A stretch of DNA of 64,000 bases from an uncultured delta proteobacterium (GTDB lineage Bacteria > Desulfobacterota > Binatia > UBA9968): positions 32,001 to 96,000 of the forward strand of contig CAVSLC010000001.1 of assembly GCA_963728565.1 (NCBI GenBank), given 5' to 3'. A program made the translations under genes and the position numbers. Shown here piece by piece: positions 11,030 through 22,305 of the stretch (position 1 is its first letter; each line of letters starts with the position of its first letter). The notes beneath the pieces were generated by a model. It searched no databases and was not told where the DNA came from. It was given only the letters and a program-made list of their open reading frames with translations.

Positions 11030-11095
11030 ACCGCAGAGTCGCGCAGGACGCGGAGACCGGATTCACAAGTGATCGGCGCTCTGTGCCTCTGCGGT
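11030..11095. repeat. REP-like palindrome, possibly a terminator between convergent genes
   Basis: ACCGCAGAG (11030-11038) ... CTCTGCGGT (11087-11095). Confidence 0.5.
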
Positions 11096-11203
11096 GAAAA
11101 TCCCGCTTTTCGCTTAGGTTAGCGCTTGTCGCTTCGACAGTTCGTAGCGACGCCGGATTCTTCGTTTGTGACACCCTGCCGCCCTGAGTCTCTGCACGCC
11201 CAC

Positions 11204-12728
11204 TTATAGATGAGCTGAGTCAGGCTTGCGATCAGGTATCCCCCGCATCTTACGCCACCACGGTGTAAACAACGGCAAAATGAAAAAGAAAATGGCCAGC
11301 GCCGTGATCCCACCCGATATCGGCCGGTTAAAAAAGATCGTCGAATGATCCTTGAGACATAATCAGACTCTGCCGCAAGGGCATTTTCAGCCATGTCGCC
11401 GAGCACCAGCGCCAGCACCAGCGGCGCCAGGGGATAATCGAGTTTCTTGAAGATATAGCCGATCACGCCGAAGATCAGCATGTACCAGATGTCGATCATG
11501 CTGTTGTGCACCGCGTAAGAGCCGATCGCGCAGATCACAACAATCAGCGGCGTAAGAATCGCAAACGGAATGCGCAGGATCGCCGCGAAGAACGGCACGA
11601 ACGCCAGCACAAGCAGCACGCCGATGACATTCCCCGTATACATGCTGGCGATCAGACCCCAGACGAAGTCCGGGTTGTCGATGAAAAGCATCGGGCCCGG
11701 CTGGAGACCCCAGATGATGAGCCCGCCGAGCATCACCGCCGCCGTTGGCGAACCTGGGATGCCAAGGGTGATCATCGGCAGCATGGCCGCGACGCCGGCA
11801 GCATGGGCGGCGGTTTCAGGGGCCACGATGCCCTCGATCTCGCCTTTGCCGAATCGCTCCGGATGCTTTGAAAAGCGCTTGGCGAAGGCATAGCTCATGA
11901 AGGACGCCGGAGTAGCGCCGCCGGGTTTGAAACCCATCCAGAAGCCGATGATGGAGCTGCGTACGAATGTCCGGTAATATCGCGGTAAAATTTTCCAGGT
12001 ATCGAGTACGACGCGCAGGTTCATTACCGTCTTTGCCCCTTGGAAGCGCAGCCCCTCTTCAACGCTGAGCAAAATTTCGCCGATGCCGAATAGACCAATA
12101 ACCGCGATGATGAAGTCAAAGCCCTTCATCAGATCAGTGAAACCGTAAGGTGAGCCTGAGCTGGCCGGTTACGATATCCAACCCAACCGTCGAGAGCATG
12201 AAGCCGATGAGAATCGTCGCTAACGACTTGAGCGGATTGCCCCCGCCGAGTCCGACAAAACTCGAAAACGTCAGGAGTTGGATGGCAAAAAACTCGGGCG
12301 GCCCAAACTTCAGCGCAACCTCGGCCAGGAGCGGCGCGAAAAACGTGATCAGCACGATTGAGAAGAAAGCACCGACAAACGAAGAGGTAAACGCCGCCGT
12401 AAGCGCCTCCCCGCTTCTGCCTTCCTTGGCCAGCGGATAGCCGTCGAACGTCGTCGCCACCGACCACGGCTCGCCCGGAATATTGAAGAGCACCGAGGTG
12501 ATCGCGCCGCCGAATAAAGCGCCCCAGTAAATGCACGTCAGCAGGATGATGGCGGAAGTCGGAGGCATCGTGAAAGTAAGCGGCAGCAGAATCGCGACAC
12601 CGTTCGCGCCTCCGAGGCCCGGCAGTACGCCGATGATGGTGCCAAGCAAGTATCCCCACTACAGCGATAAAAAGATTAAAAGGCGTTACCGCAATCTGGA
12701 AACCAAGGAAAAGATTCTCAATCCCCAC
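11204..12728 (-). CDS. tctA: Tripartite tricarboxylate transporter large subunit TctA (frameshifted near 12650, 12135 and 11380)
   Basis: GVLPGLG, NIPGEPWS, APETAAHA, LGIPGSPTAAV and PGP motifs spread over several frames. Confidence 0.88.
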
Positions 12729-12731
12729 GAC

Positions 12732-13213
12732 TCAGTACCCGAACCAGGCTCTCGACCGGTCCTTTGGGCATGGGCACCAAAAACCAGGTTTCGAAAATGA
12801 GGAATGTGATGACCGGTACCGTTGTGGCGAGCGCCACGACCGTCCGCCAATCGTGGCCGCCCGACCCAGCGCATGTAAAAGCCGAGATAAAGACCCGCCG
12901 CGACATACAGCCCCAGCCCGGGCCATGGGCCCGGCGGATCGGTTATGAGGATGAAGCCGGCCAGAGGTCCCAGAACCTTTAGAACCGGCACGAACCGCGG
13001 CCAAGTAACAAACGCTTCTTGCGACCGGATGCGCAAAGCCTGTACGAATAAAACGATGCTGACCGCCGCCAGGAGGATTGCCAGCCAAAACGGGAAGAAA
13101 CCGCTCTGCGGCCCTTCACTGCCCCAGCCGGCGCCGAGACGCAGAGCATCGTAGATCACCGTTGCGCTCAAAAGCATCAACAGCGCCGCGGTCATGCTAT
13201 CGATAACGCGCAT
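12732..13213 (-). CDS. tctB: TctB small membrane subunit (frameshifted)
   Basis: GPQSGFFPFW; C-terminal FETWFLVPMPKG in another frame; lies between tctC and tctA. Confidence 0.82.
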
Positions 13214-13214
13214 C

Positions 13215-14201
13215 CTACTTGTTGACCAAACCGCCTTTCGTCATCAATTCCTTATGGAGCTTGTCATTCTCCTCTACCCATTTCACATACTCGCTTCCGG
13301 TGGCAAAGGCCGGTTTGAGCGCGCCCGTTGTGTAAATAATCCTGAAAGTCCTTAGTCTCGAAGATCTTCTTTAAAAAGCCGACGTACCAGTCCAGCGCTT
13401 CCTTGGGCATGTCGGGAGGGCCGAAGATGCCGCGGAGCATGTTGTAGGAGATGTCCGCGCCGAGCGACTCTTTGATGGTCGGGATTCCGCTCCATTCCTT
13501 GTCAGGGATACGCTCCGGGTCGAATACTGCCAGCGGCCGCACGCGCTTTGCCTTCCAATTGCTTACGCATTCGGCCGGGTTATTGACCGTTGAGTCGATG
13601 TGATTGCCGACCAGATTGGTGCACACCTCGCCGCCGCCTTTGAAGGGCACATAAGTGAACTTCACGCCCTGGCTCTGCTCCAGCAGCACGGTGATGATCT
13701 GATCTTCCTGTCTGGATCCGGTGCCGCCCATCTTCATGCCCGGCTTCTGCTTCACAGCGGCCAAGTATTCTTTGGCGCTCTTGTACGGTGTTTCTGCGTT
13801 CACCCAGAGGATGAAACGATCAAGCGCCATGCGCGCGATCGGCGTGAAATCGCGCCAGCTAAACGGCGTGCCCGGTCGCCAGCGGCGTGGTGAACAGGTT
13901 TGACAAGGTAATGATGATCGTGTGCGCGTCGCCCTTCTTTTCCTTCACATGCAGGAAACCCTTCGGCGCCAGCGCCGCCGGATTTATTGACCACGATGAA
14001 AGGTCGAGGTGAGAGCTTGTGTTTATCGCTGATACCGGCCATCAGACGCGCCATTTGATCGGCGCCGCCGCCAGTGCCGGCCGGTATCACGAACTCAATG
14101 GGCTTGGTGGGCTCCCAAGCCATTGCTATGGATGGTCCAAGAAGGAGCTGAATGATAAAAGCCGCGGAGATCACAGTACTCAAGCCGCTGATAATTTTCA
14201 T
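13215..14201 (-). CDS. tctC: TctC/Bug periplasmic substrate-binding protein (frameshifted)
   Basis: Signal peptide, PAGTGGGAD, VNKSGGAG, VPFKGGG, RGIFGPP. Confidence 0.88.
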
Positions 14202-14417
14202 AGAACCCCTTTTTCTGGTTCAGCTCTGGCTTCGATCAAGACTCAGGCTACGCTTTGAAGCTGTCACATATCGTTGTCTTTGGCGAGTCCGGCTAATCAA
14301 AATTCGAGGTGCCCGTCAAGTGACCGGCCAATGAGGAACGGTCCGACGATTGTTTTTTCTGCTTTGATCCAATAACGTCCTATCAACTTACAGCTAAAAA
14401 CCGACGGCATCGTACCT

Positions 14418-15236
14418 ATGAAGCGCTTTCGTGAACTAAGAATTTTCCGCATAATCTTAGGAGCGGCAGTTTTCATCAATGTGCTGGTGAGTTTTACTCC
14501 TCTCGCTTATTCCTCTTGCCGCGATCCCGAAGTTGCGCGCGGCTTCGGGTCTGTCGCTTACGCGGCGAACGTCGACGCGACGATCCAATACTTTGGCCAT
14601 AATTTTTTCCTCATCACTACCAGCAGGGGAACGCGCATTGTCACCGACCCTCTCGGACCGGGTTGGTATCCAAACCCGAACGTTGTCGGAGATGTCGTCA
14701 CCGTCGGCAAAGAGCAATTCAACCACAATGCCGTTCAGATCGTGATGGGTAACCCGGTGATTTTGCGCGGGCTCAAGAACTATGGGGCGGGTTGGAATAC
14801 CATCAGCACGAGCGTCAAAGACGCGTTCATCTATAACGTGCCGATTCATCAGAACGCTGAATTTATCCAGGGCATTCATGGATCTGCCTTTGTCTTTGAT
14901 TTGGGAACTTTGTGCATCGCGCACCTCGGCGACTTGAGCCAAAAGCTAAACGATCAACAGATTAAAGCCTTCGGCAAGGTCGATGTGGCGCTCACACCGA
15001 TCGGCGGCCGGCGAACGATGGATCCGGAACTCGCCCGCGAAGTCCTGGCTCAGCTCAAACCGAAAATCGCCATTCCGATGCATCATCGCGATAGTTCGTC
15101 TCTGGTACAACAGTTTAGCGCCGGTATGAGAACGCAGGTGCTACCAGGCGACACCCTGACGCTGAGCAAAAGCGCTCTGCCCCAGCCGACTGAAATCAAA
15201 GTGCTGCAACCGCGCGGCGCAATCAGCTATCGGTGA
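14418..15236 (+). CDS. Exported MBL-fold protein with degenerate metal motif
   Basis: YFGHNFF...IVTDP, AHLGDL, IPMHH; N-terminal hydrophobic signal. Confidence 0.75.
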   Translation: MKRFRELRIFRIILGAAVFINVLVSFTPLAYSSCRDPEVARGFGSVAYAANVDATIQYFGHNFFLITTSRGTRIVTDPLGPGWYPNPNVVGDVVTVGKEQFNHNAVQIVMGNPVILRGLKNYGAGWNTISTSVKDAFIYNVPIHQNAEFIQGIHGSAFVFDLGTLCIAHLGDLSQKLNDQQIKAFGKVDVALTPIGGRRTMDPELAREVLAQLKPKIAIPMHHRDSSSLVQQFSAGMRTQVLPGDTLTLSKSALPQPTEIKVLQPRGAISYR

Positions 15237-15326
15237 TCGGCTCGTGTTAGGACGTACCCCAATGTGAGAACGACGCGAGAGGAGATCAGGAGTGACCGAC
15301 CATTCTCATCATCTCACGGCGGCAAG

Positions 15327-16888
15327 TCACCTTCGGATCTTCCGCCTTGCTGATTTTCCTACCGCAATCAAGAACATCACGCTCTTATCGGCGGCATCGG
15401 GCGAAAAAAATTCGGTCACATCATCGTCGAAGAACGTCAGCCCCGAGGCGCCGAGGCGTTGCGCATAAGCGGCAAGATAGATTCTTCCGCCCATGATCGC
15501 GGCCTCGAGCTGCGCAGCGCGGTAGCCGCGATTGCCGAAACGCTCGAGGATCCGATGCAAATCAGCTAGGAAGTAGATGTTTACACTACAATCGGCCGGG
15601 ATCTCCTGACCGAGTCCGAGGTATCCGGCGTCCCGGCGAAAATCGCCCGTGCTTCAATAACTCGAGTGCGCGCTGCTGAGCGACGAAAGACATAGGCGCC
15701 GGAGGGGAGACCTTCCACGGCATGAACGATCAGATAAAGATCGTTAAGCGTGTCTTCCACGCCGAGAAAATCGGCCGTTAGACCGCGAGTCGCGCGATCG
15801 AGCATGCTTGAAAGTTCAGCAAAAGTAATCGAATCGCGTGAGAACTCGCGGGTCGATCCACGCCGGGTTATCACCTCCTCGATGGTGTCTTTGGGTAGTT
15901 CCCCATCACTAGGTGATTGGAGAGGAAAGAGCTGATCTTCCCTCGCGGCTGCATCCGTTGTCGTTTTTGTAGGTGCTTCTTCTCGCCGCGCGCCACTCCG
16001 CTAACTTCCGCGCCGCTTTCCAACGAGGATGCCTCGTGCATCCGCCTCATCGCGGGATAATCGATTTCTGAGTTGGACAGAGGAGTAGTTTCAAATACTA
16101 CCGGCTCGACCGGTAACGAGAGTGTGATCTTTTTCTTTGCCGAGCGGCCCAACGCCACCAAAGAAAGTGGCGCCTCCCGCTGCGGGTCCAAGGCTAAAAG
16201 CTGGCTCACTGTAGCGTCGACGAAACCCAGGACCACCTTTGCCGGAATATTGCGAGCCGCCGCCGCGGCAAGCAGATTGGCGAGTATGGTTCCATTGTCC
16301 CAATAACAGTGTCGATACGCGCGCGCCTGATATTTCCACGCGTTACGCCAGAAGGTCGAGGCGCTGGCTATGACGCACGACGCTTTTGAAATGGCGGGTT
16401 CCTCGCCGCCGGCTTTCACCAGCGCCGAGTGATAATCACCCTGGCGCAAGCGCCGCAGTGAAAAATCTTGCGGGCTGAAGTGATAGACTCCGGCATCTAG
16501 CCCATCAACATCGCCGCAGATAAGATACAAATCGACATGATAAAGCGCGCCGGTGCAGGCTGCGGCGCGAAACAACATTTCTCCTCCGGCATACTTCCTC
16601 CGTCTGGTGATGCCCGCTGAGAAATAAAAGATTTCCGCCAGAGTTTGCAGATTCACGCCGGATCTCGCTGGTCGCTACGTCTGCGATGGTTGAAATCGCC
16701 GTAAGCGCAGGCACTTTCGAAGATGATAAGTTTTGCGGCAGAGGAATAGCCGGGAGATTTGAATAAATCTTAAAAGGCAGGGGCTGGTTGTCCCAATCCA
16801 AGTGATGCGCCGTGGCCCGGATACTCTGGTACGAGTGCTTGGTCGCGTCATGATACGCCCATGCGGCTTCCGTCTGATGGTTTTCCAT
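15327..16888 (-). CDS. SagB/ThcOx-family tandem nitroreductase-domain protein (several frameshifts)
   Basis: YHDATKHS, QPLPFKIY, RAAACTGALY, WKYQARAYR, RRGSTR, RGYRAAQLEA, GLTFFDD across four ORF pieces. Confidence 0.8.
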
Positions 16889-17119
16889 CCGAACTCCTTC
16901 AATCAATATATTTATCTCGACTTATCCGACCCGTCGTGCGCCAGTAGCTCTGATTCCTTACTCGTACCAAGCCGATCGAGTCGGCGCCAGCGATCCGGCG
17001 GTTCAATAATTTGGACAGCAGCTCTGGCAGTTAATTCTCTGGGAACCGCCAGATAACCGATTTGACTTGTAACTTTGGCCAGCGTCGGTTACCGTCTCGG
17101 CGCAAACGGATAAAACACT

Positions 17120-17554
17120 ATGGAATGGTGGATCTGGATCGTGCTTGGGCTGGTGCTGCTTTTGGGCGAGCTGGTTACTCCTGGCGGCTTTTACATTCTT
17201 TTTTTCGGTGTCGGCGCTATCTTCGTTGGTATTCTCGCCGGCTTCAACATCGCCGGGCCGGTTTGGTTTCAGGTAATCGTCTTCTCCGGTTTTTCACTAA
17301 TCACCCTCTGGTTATTTCGCCAGCGGCTGGTGCAATCAACTCACCGCGACGGTCCGGATGAAGTCGACACGCTGGTCGGAGAGACGGCAGTGATCACCGA
17401 AGAGATACCTTCCAGAGGCATCGGCAAAGCTGAAATGCGCGGCACGTCATGGAGCGCCCACAATGTCGGCGAACAATCTCTGGCATGCGGCCAGCGGTGT
17501 AGAGTCGAACGGGTCGAGGGACTGACAATCTACGTCCGCGCGGAGCAAAGTTAA
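17120..17554 (+). CDS. NfeD-family (YbbJ-like) membrane protein
   Basis: WWIWIVLG, TM helices and a C-terminal OB fold (GTSWSA); upstream of SPFH gene. Confidence 0.9.
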   Translation: MEWWIWIVLGLVLLLGELVTPGGFYILFFGVGAIFVGILAGFNIAGPVWFQVIVFSGFSLITLWLFRQRLVQSTHRDGPDEVDTLVGETAVITEEIPSRGIGKAEMRGTSWSAHNVGEQSLACGQRCRVERVEGLTIYVRAEQS

Positions 17555-17555
17555 A

Positions 17556-18509
17556 ATGGAGACAGCCATGGGTGGAATCGTAGTCGTCATCGTTCTGGCT
17601 TTCGTGATTATCGTCATTGTCGCCAAAACTGCTGTGGTGGTACCGCAGCAGAGCGCTTATGTGGTCGAACGGCTCGGCAGGTACAGCGGCACCTTGGGCG
17701 CCGGATTTCACATTCTGATCCCGTTTCTCGACGTCGTCCGCTATAAGCATTCTTTGAAAGAGCAAGCCGTCGATATTCCACCGCAAGTTTGCATCACCCG
17801 GGACAACGTTCAAGTGTCAGTGGACGGCGTGCTCTACTTGAAGGTTCTCAATCCCGAGCGCGCCTCCTACGGTATTGGCGACTACGCCTTCGGCATTTCG
17901 CAACTGGCGCAGACGACGCTCCGCAGCGAATTCGGCAAGATCGAGCTGGATAGGACCTTCGAGGAGCGGACTAATATCAATACGCAAGTAGTCAGCGAGC
18001 TCGACAAGGCGTCTGAGCCTTGGGGCATCAAAGTGATGCGCTATGAGATCAAAAACATTACGCCGCCCCACGACGTGCTCGCCGCGATGGAAAAGCAGAT
18101 GCGCGCCGAGCGCGAAAAACGCGCCCTCATTCTGACCTCGGAAGGGCAAAGGGACGCGGCGATCAACAGCGCTGAAGGTGAAAAACAACAGGTCATCAAA
18201 GCTTCCGAAGCCAACAAGCAACAGCAAATCAACGAAGCCGAAGGCGAAGCCGCAGCCATCTTGGCGATCGCCGAAGCGACGGCCAACGGTATTCGTAAGG
18301 TCGCAGAATCGATTCAGCAGCCTGGAGGTTTCGAAGCGGTACAACTCCGTGTCGCCGATAACTACCTCACCCAATTCGGCAAGCTCGCGCAGGAAGGCAA
18401 TACGATGATTCTGCCAGCGACGCTCAGCGACGTCGGCTCGATGATTTCGTTAGCCATGAACGTCATCAGGCAAAAGGGAAGCAGCAACGGCGCGCCGGAG
18501 AAGGCCTAG
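17556..18509 (+). CDS. SPFH/stomatin-like protein (QmcA/paraslipin)
   Basis: VVERLG, ITRDNV, LAQTTLRS, QMRAEREKRA. Confidence 0.93.
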   Translation: METAMGGIVVVIVLAFVIIVIVAKTAVVVPQQSAYVVERLGRYSGTLGAGFHILIPFLDVVRYKHSLKEQAVDIPPQVCITRDNVQVSVDGVLYLKVLNPERASYGIGDYAFGISQLAQTTLRSEFGKIELDRTFEERTNINTQVVSELDKASEPWGIKVMRYEIKNITPPHDVLAAMEKQMRAEREKRALILTSEGQRDAAINSAEGEKQQVIKASEANKQQQINEAEGEAAAILAIAEATANGIRKVAESIQQPGGFEAVQLRVADNYLTQFGKLAQEGNTMILPATLSDVGSMISLAMNVIRQKGSSNGAPEKA

Positions 18510-18714
18510 TTCTGATTCTTTCAGCGAAGATTATCCGCACCCATGAGCTCCTTTCCTCGAACCTTCAGATATTGCCATTTCAGCCTATGTTATCATCCGC
18601 CGTTGAAATCGGAGTGTTTGCCGAATCGTAACTTCGGATCTTTGGAAAACCTATGAAGTTCAGTGCAACAATGATCAGGATTGCCCACGGCGTTGTGTCC
18701 GGCTCCCGGGTCGA

Positions 18715-19536
18715 TTATTGCTGGCAAGAGGGGCAATAAAATGCGCTGCGATTACCGATGGCGACCCGCTTGATGATAGCCGCGCAGGCTCTGCATTTTT
18801 CCCCTTCCCGGTCGTAAACGCGAAGGTGGGTTTGAAACTCGCCGCGCTCATCGTCGGCAGTGCGATAATCTGAAAACGATGTGCCGCACCAACGAATCGC
18901 TTGCTGCAGCAAATCGGGAATTGCTTGCGCGATTGCGTATACCTGTTTGCGCGTCAGCCGACAGGCCCGCGCCGTCGGTTTAACGCCGACACTGGCCAAG
19001 ATCTCGTTGGCATAGATATTCCCGAGCCCGCCGATGATTCGCTGATCGAGCAATAAGTCCCGGATGCGCCGGTCAGAAGAGCGCGTGTAGCGAAAAAGAT
19101 ATTCGCCGGTCAAATCTGGATCGAAGGGATCAATACCGAGCGAACACAGCTGCGGCAGCTCGTGCAGAACTTCTTTGCGTGTCACCAGACTAAGGCCGAA
19201 ACGACGCGGGTCATGATAACGCAGCTGCCCGCCGTCAACCAGATGCACGATGATGTGATCGTGTTTGCGACGGGGCGCATCGGCTCCGACACAGATAAGC
19301 TTGCCCGACATACCGAGGTGAAACACCCAGACTAAGCCCTCCGACAACGACATCAGAATGTATTTAGCAGCGCGGCGAATCCCGTGTATCTTCTTGCCGG
19401 CGAGCCCTGTCAGAGCGGTCTCATCGACACGGACCCGCAAGCGCGGCTCCAATATTTCAACTCGCTCGATGGTTCGTCGGACCAAATGAGGCCGCAAACT
19501 CCGGCATACAGTTTCGACTTCGGGCAGTTCAGGCAT
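18715..19536 (-). CDS. mutM: Formamidopyrimidine-DNA glycosylase
   Basis: MPELPEVE start, HLGMSG, GLGNIYANE, C-terminal zinc finger. Confidence 0.96.
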   Translation of the reverse strand: MPELPEVETVCRSLRPHLVRRTIERVEILEPRLRVRVDETALTGLAGKKIHGIRRAAKYILMSLSEGLVWVFHLGMSGKLICVGADAPRRKHDHIIVHLVDGGQLRYHDPRRFGLSLVTRKEVLHELPQLCSLGIDPFDPDLTGEYLFRYTRSSDRRIRDLLLDQRIIGGLGNIYANEILASVGVKPTARACRLTRKQVYAIAQAIPDLLQQAIRWCGTSFSDYRTADDERGEFQTHLRVYDREGEKCRACAAIIKRVAIGNRSAFYCPSCQQ

Positions 19537-19541
19537 GGTCT

Positions 19542-20447
19542 TCAACAATCAAATTGCGGCGTATAATGCTTGGCCAAGTGATTCGCCGGTTGCGCTCTCA
19601 GCAGATGGCTCGAGGCCAACGCGTGCGTCAGATCTATAAAGTTGTCGATGCTTAGCGTTTCACCGCGGCGCCGCGGATCGATATTTTGCGAGCGGAGAAA
19701 TCCCTCAATCTCGTCCCGGCCCGCCTTCAACCATTTGCCCATGACATTGCCGAGAGTCTTGCGCCGTTGTCCAAACGCCGCGCGCAGCAACCCGCGCAGG
19801 ACCGTCATCTCCTCCGAGGGGATGCGCGGGCGCGGGTAAAGTTCCAGTTTAAGCACCGTCGACCGCACTTTCGGCTGGGGGAAAAACGCTTCCGGCGATA
19901 CCTGCAACTTTTTAGTCACCTCCCCGTGAATCTGACACCACACAGATAATGTCCCGTAGGCTTTTGTCCCCGGCGCGCTGGCGATTCGATCGGCGACTTC
20001 TTTTTGCACCATTAAGACAATCGAAGAGAAGTGATCCCGCAATTCAAGCACTCTGAAAAGCACCGGTGTGGAAATGCTGTAAGGCAGATTGCCAATCAAC
20101 TTGATTTTTTGCTTGGGCAGTATTTCTGCCAACGGCACTTTGAGGATGTCCCCTGATATTAGGTGGAATTTTGGATTTGCAATTAGATCGCTTTGTTGCA
20201 ATCTCCGGGTCAGAAACGAATCCACCTCAACCGCCCACACTCCGGCCGCCCGGTCAACCAGACGACGGGTGAGGGCGCCAAGCCCCGGCCCGATCTCCAG
20301 CACCAGATCATCCATTTCAAGAGCCAGAAGGTCCAGGATGGTTTCGAGCACATGCTCATGGACCAAAAAGTTTTGGCCCAGCCGTTTTCTCGGTCTGAAC
20401 TCAGACTCGCGCAACACCGCGCGCACTTCCTCGTACAGGGTTGGCAT
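19542..20447 (-). CDS. rsmA: 16S rRNA dimethyltransferase
   Basis: LGQNFL, EIGPGLGALT, NLPYSIST, QRRKTL. Confidence 0.95.
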   Translation of the reverse strand: MPTLYEEVRAVLRESEFRPRKRLGQNFLVHEHVLETILDLLALEMDDLVLEIGPGLGALTRRLVDRAAGVWAVEVDSFLTRRLQQSDLIANPKFHLISGDILKVPLAEILPKQKIKLIGNLPYSISTPVLFRVLELRDHFSSIVLMVQKEVADRIASAPGTKAYGTLSVWCQIHGEVTKKLQVSPEAFFPQPKVRSTVLKLELYPRPRIPSEEMTVLRGLLRAAFGQRRKTLGNVMGKWLKAGRDEIEGFLRSQNIDPRRRGETLSIDNFIDLTHALASSHLLRAQPANHLAKHYTPQFDC

Positions 20448-20497
20448 GATCTATCAACTCAACCCGTCAACCTTTGGAGCGTGGCAAGTCAACCGAG

Positions 20498-21496
20498 CTA
20501 CAAGGTTAGATCAGCGTCGGCATTAAGAGCGAAGTCGTCCCGGCGGCCTCGATTAATCCAATGATGTCCGGTGAGCGCGATCATCGCAGCATTATCGGTG
20601 CAAAATTTCGCGGAAGGAAAGTGAACTTGCAAATTCTTAGTCGCCGCGCTCTGCTTGATCTTTTCGCGTAACCGGCTATTCGCCGCCACGCCGCCTGCCA
20701 GCACGATGCGGTTGACCTTGTGGGCAATGGCCGCGTTAACCGTCGGATTGATCAGCATATCGACCACTGCTTCCTGAAAGCTTGCCGCGATGTCCGGTAC
20801 GCGTGCCTTCCAAGCATGCTGATCTTGCGATTTAAGATACTGCAACACAGACGTTTTGATGCCGCTAAAGCTGAAATCGTATGGGCTTTTTTTCAATCGT
20901 GCGCGTGGAAACCTGATCGCCTCACGGTCGCCGGTCTTGGCCAGATGGTCGATCACCCGCCCTCCCGGATAGCCCAGTCCCATCATTTTTGCCACCTTGT
21001 CGTAAGCCTCGCCCGCAGCGTCATCACGGGTACCGCCTAAATAGAGGTACTCGCCGACGTCCTGTACACAGTACAGTAGCGTATGCCCGCCGGAAGCAAG
21101 CAGAGCCACGTAAGGGAACGAAACTTCATGCTCCAGGTGAATCGCCAGCAGGTGTGCTTCAAGATGATTCACTCCGACATAAGGCATGCCCCAGCGAAAT
21201 GCCATGCCTTTGGCCACCGACAAACCGACGAGAAGTGAGCCGACGAGTCCGGGGCCACGGGTCACCGCGATACCGCTTAGATCTCTGACGCTAACACCGG
21301 CTTTGCCGAGCGCGCCATCAACGATGGGCAAGATATTGCGGAGGTGTTGGCGTGAGGCAAGCTCAGGCACCACCCCGCCATAGGCGCCATGTATTTGGTC
21401 CTGTGACGAAACCACGTTGGCTAGGATCGTTCTGCCATCGAGCAGCACCGCGGCTGCCGTGTCATCGCAGGAAGTCTCAATACCGAGAACTAGCAT
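20498..21496 (-). CDS. tsaD: tRNA t6A threonylcarbamoyltransferase
   Basis: LGIETSCDDT, HLEAH, SGGHT, DDAAGEAYDK, CTDNAAMI. Confidence 0.96.
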   Translation of the reverse strand: MLVLGIETSCDDTAAAVLLDGRTILANVVSSQDQIHGAYGGVVPELASRQHLRNILPIVDGALGKAGVSVRDLSGIAVTRGPGLVGSLLVGLSVAKGMAFRWGMPYVGVNHLEAHLLAIHLEHEVSFPYVALLASGGHTLLYCVQDVGEYLYLGGTRDDAAGEAYDKVAKMMGLGYPGGRVIDHLAKTGDREAIRFPRARLKKSPYDFSFSGIKTSVLQYLKSQDQHAWKARVPDIAASFQEAVVDMLINPTVNAAIAHKVNRIVLAGGVAANSRLREKIKQSAATKNLQVHFPSAKFCTDNAAMIALTGHHWINRGRRDDFALNADADLTL

Positions 21497-21510
21497 TGAA
21501 GATATCAGTG

Positions 21511-22305
21511 TCACCGCTGAGCGGGCTGGGTTTGCGACTGTTTGGCGGATAAAGCTTCCGCGGCGGTGCGATTGTCGGGATTGATCGCCAGAGCCTTGGC
21601 ATAACTCTCTTCAGCGCGCTCAGCCATGCCGAGGGCGCGATAGTTTTCGCCTTCGAGCGCATAGACCTCCGATAACCAAAACGGCTCGCCGCCGAGACGG
21701 GACTCGGCAACTTCAAGAAAGTTAAGGGAGTCTTTGTAGCGCCTGAGACCAAATTGGGTTTTCGCCAATAAAAAGTGGCCATAGGCGTTGGTAGAATCAA
21801 GCGCGATGGCGCGCTCCAAGCGACTCAGTGCCTTGGCGTACTCGCCGCTGTCTATCAGCTTTCGTGCTTCTTCGGACAAGCGCAGAGATGCGGCTCGCTG
21901 AGGTGGTGTTCCGGGGATGATCTTGGCTAACAGTGAGCTGTCGTCAGCCACAGGCGGTTTTGCCGGCGCAAGAGTTTCCGGGAGCCCAACCGGCGGCGGG
22001 GTCTCCTTTGAAGTCGTTATAGAAGGCTGCACCTTTTCAGTTGTCTTGAGATCTTGCTCGCGAATTTTTGGGTCGGGGGGTATGGACCGACTGCTGGGCT
22101 CGGCGTCCGGCGAAGAAGTCGACGGACTCGGCATTGGCGCTGGAATCGGCTGAGGCTTAGCCCCGACACTTGGGACAGGTTTACGATAAGGCCGTTGCGG
22201 CGCACAGCTTTGGACAGTCAAGATGAACAGCCCAACGGCAATCGCGCTTGCCAAGCCCGGTCGCCATCTTTCGGACTGATTCGATTTATTTGGGCCGAGC
22301 ATCAT
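21511..22305 (-). CDS. TPR lipoprotein with Pro-rich linker (LpoP-like)
   Basis: Lipobox-like VQSC, Pro/Ser-rich linker, C-terminal TPRs; overlaps the PBP1B stop. Confidence 0.75.
   Translation of the reverse strand: MMLGPNKSNQSERWRPGLASAIAVGLFILTVQSCAPQRPYRKPVPSVGAKPQPIPAPMPSPSTSSPDAEPSSRSIPPDPKIREQDLKTTEKVQPSITTSKETPPPVGLPETLAPAKPPVADDSSLLAKIIPGTPPQRAASLRLSEEARKLIDSGEYAKALSRLERAIALDSTNAYGHFLLAKTQFGLRRYKDSLNFLEVAESRLGGEPFWLSEVYALEGENYRALGMAERAEESYAKALAINPDNRTAAEALSAKQSQTQPAQR

Noticed and set aside
15327-16888. SagB/ThcOx gene as a RiPP (azole) cluster
   Set aside because: No YcaO, precursor peptide or exporter nearby; stand-alone tandem nitroreductases are common
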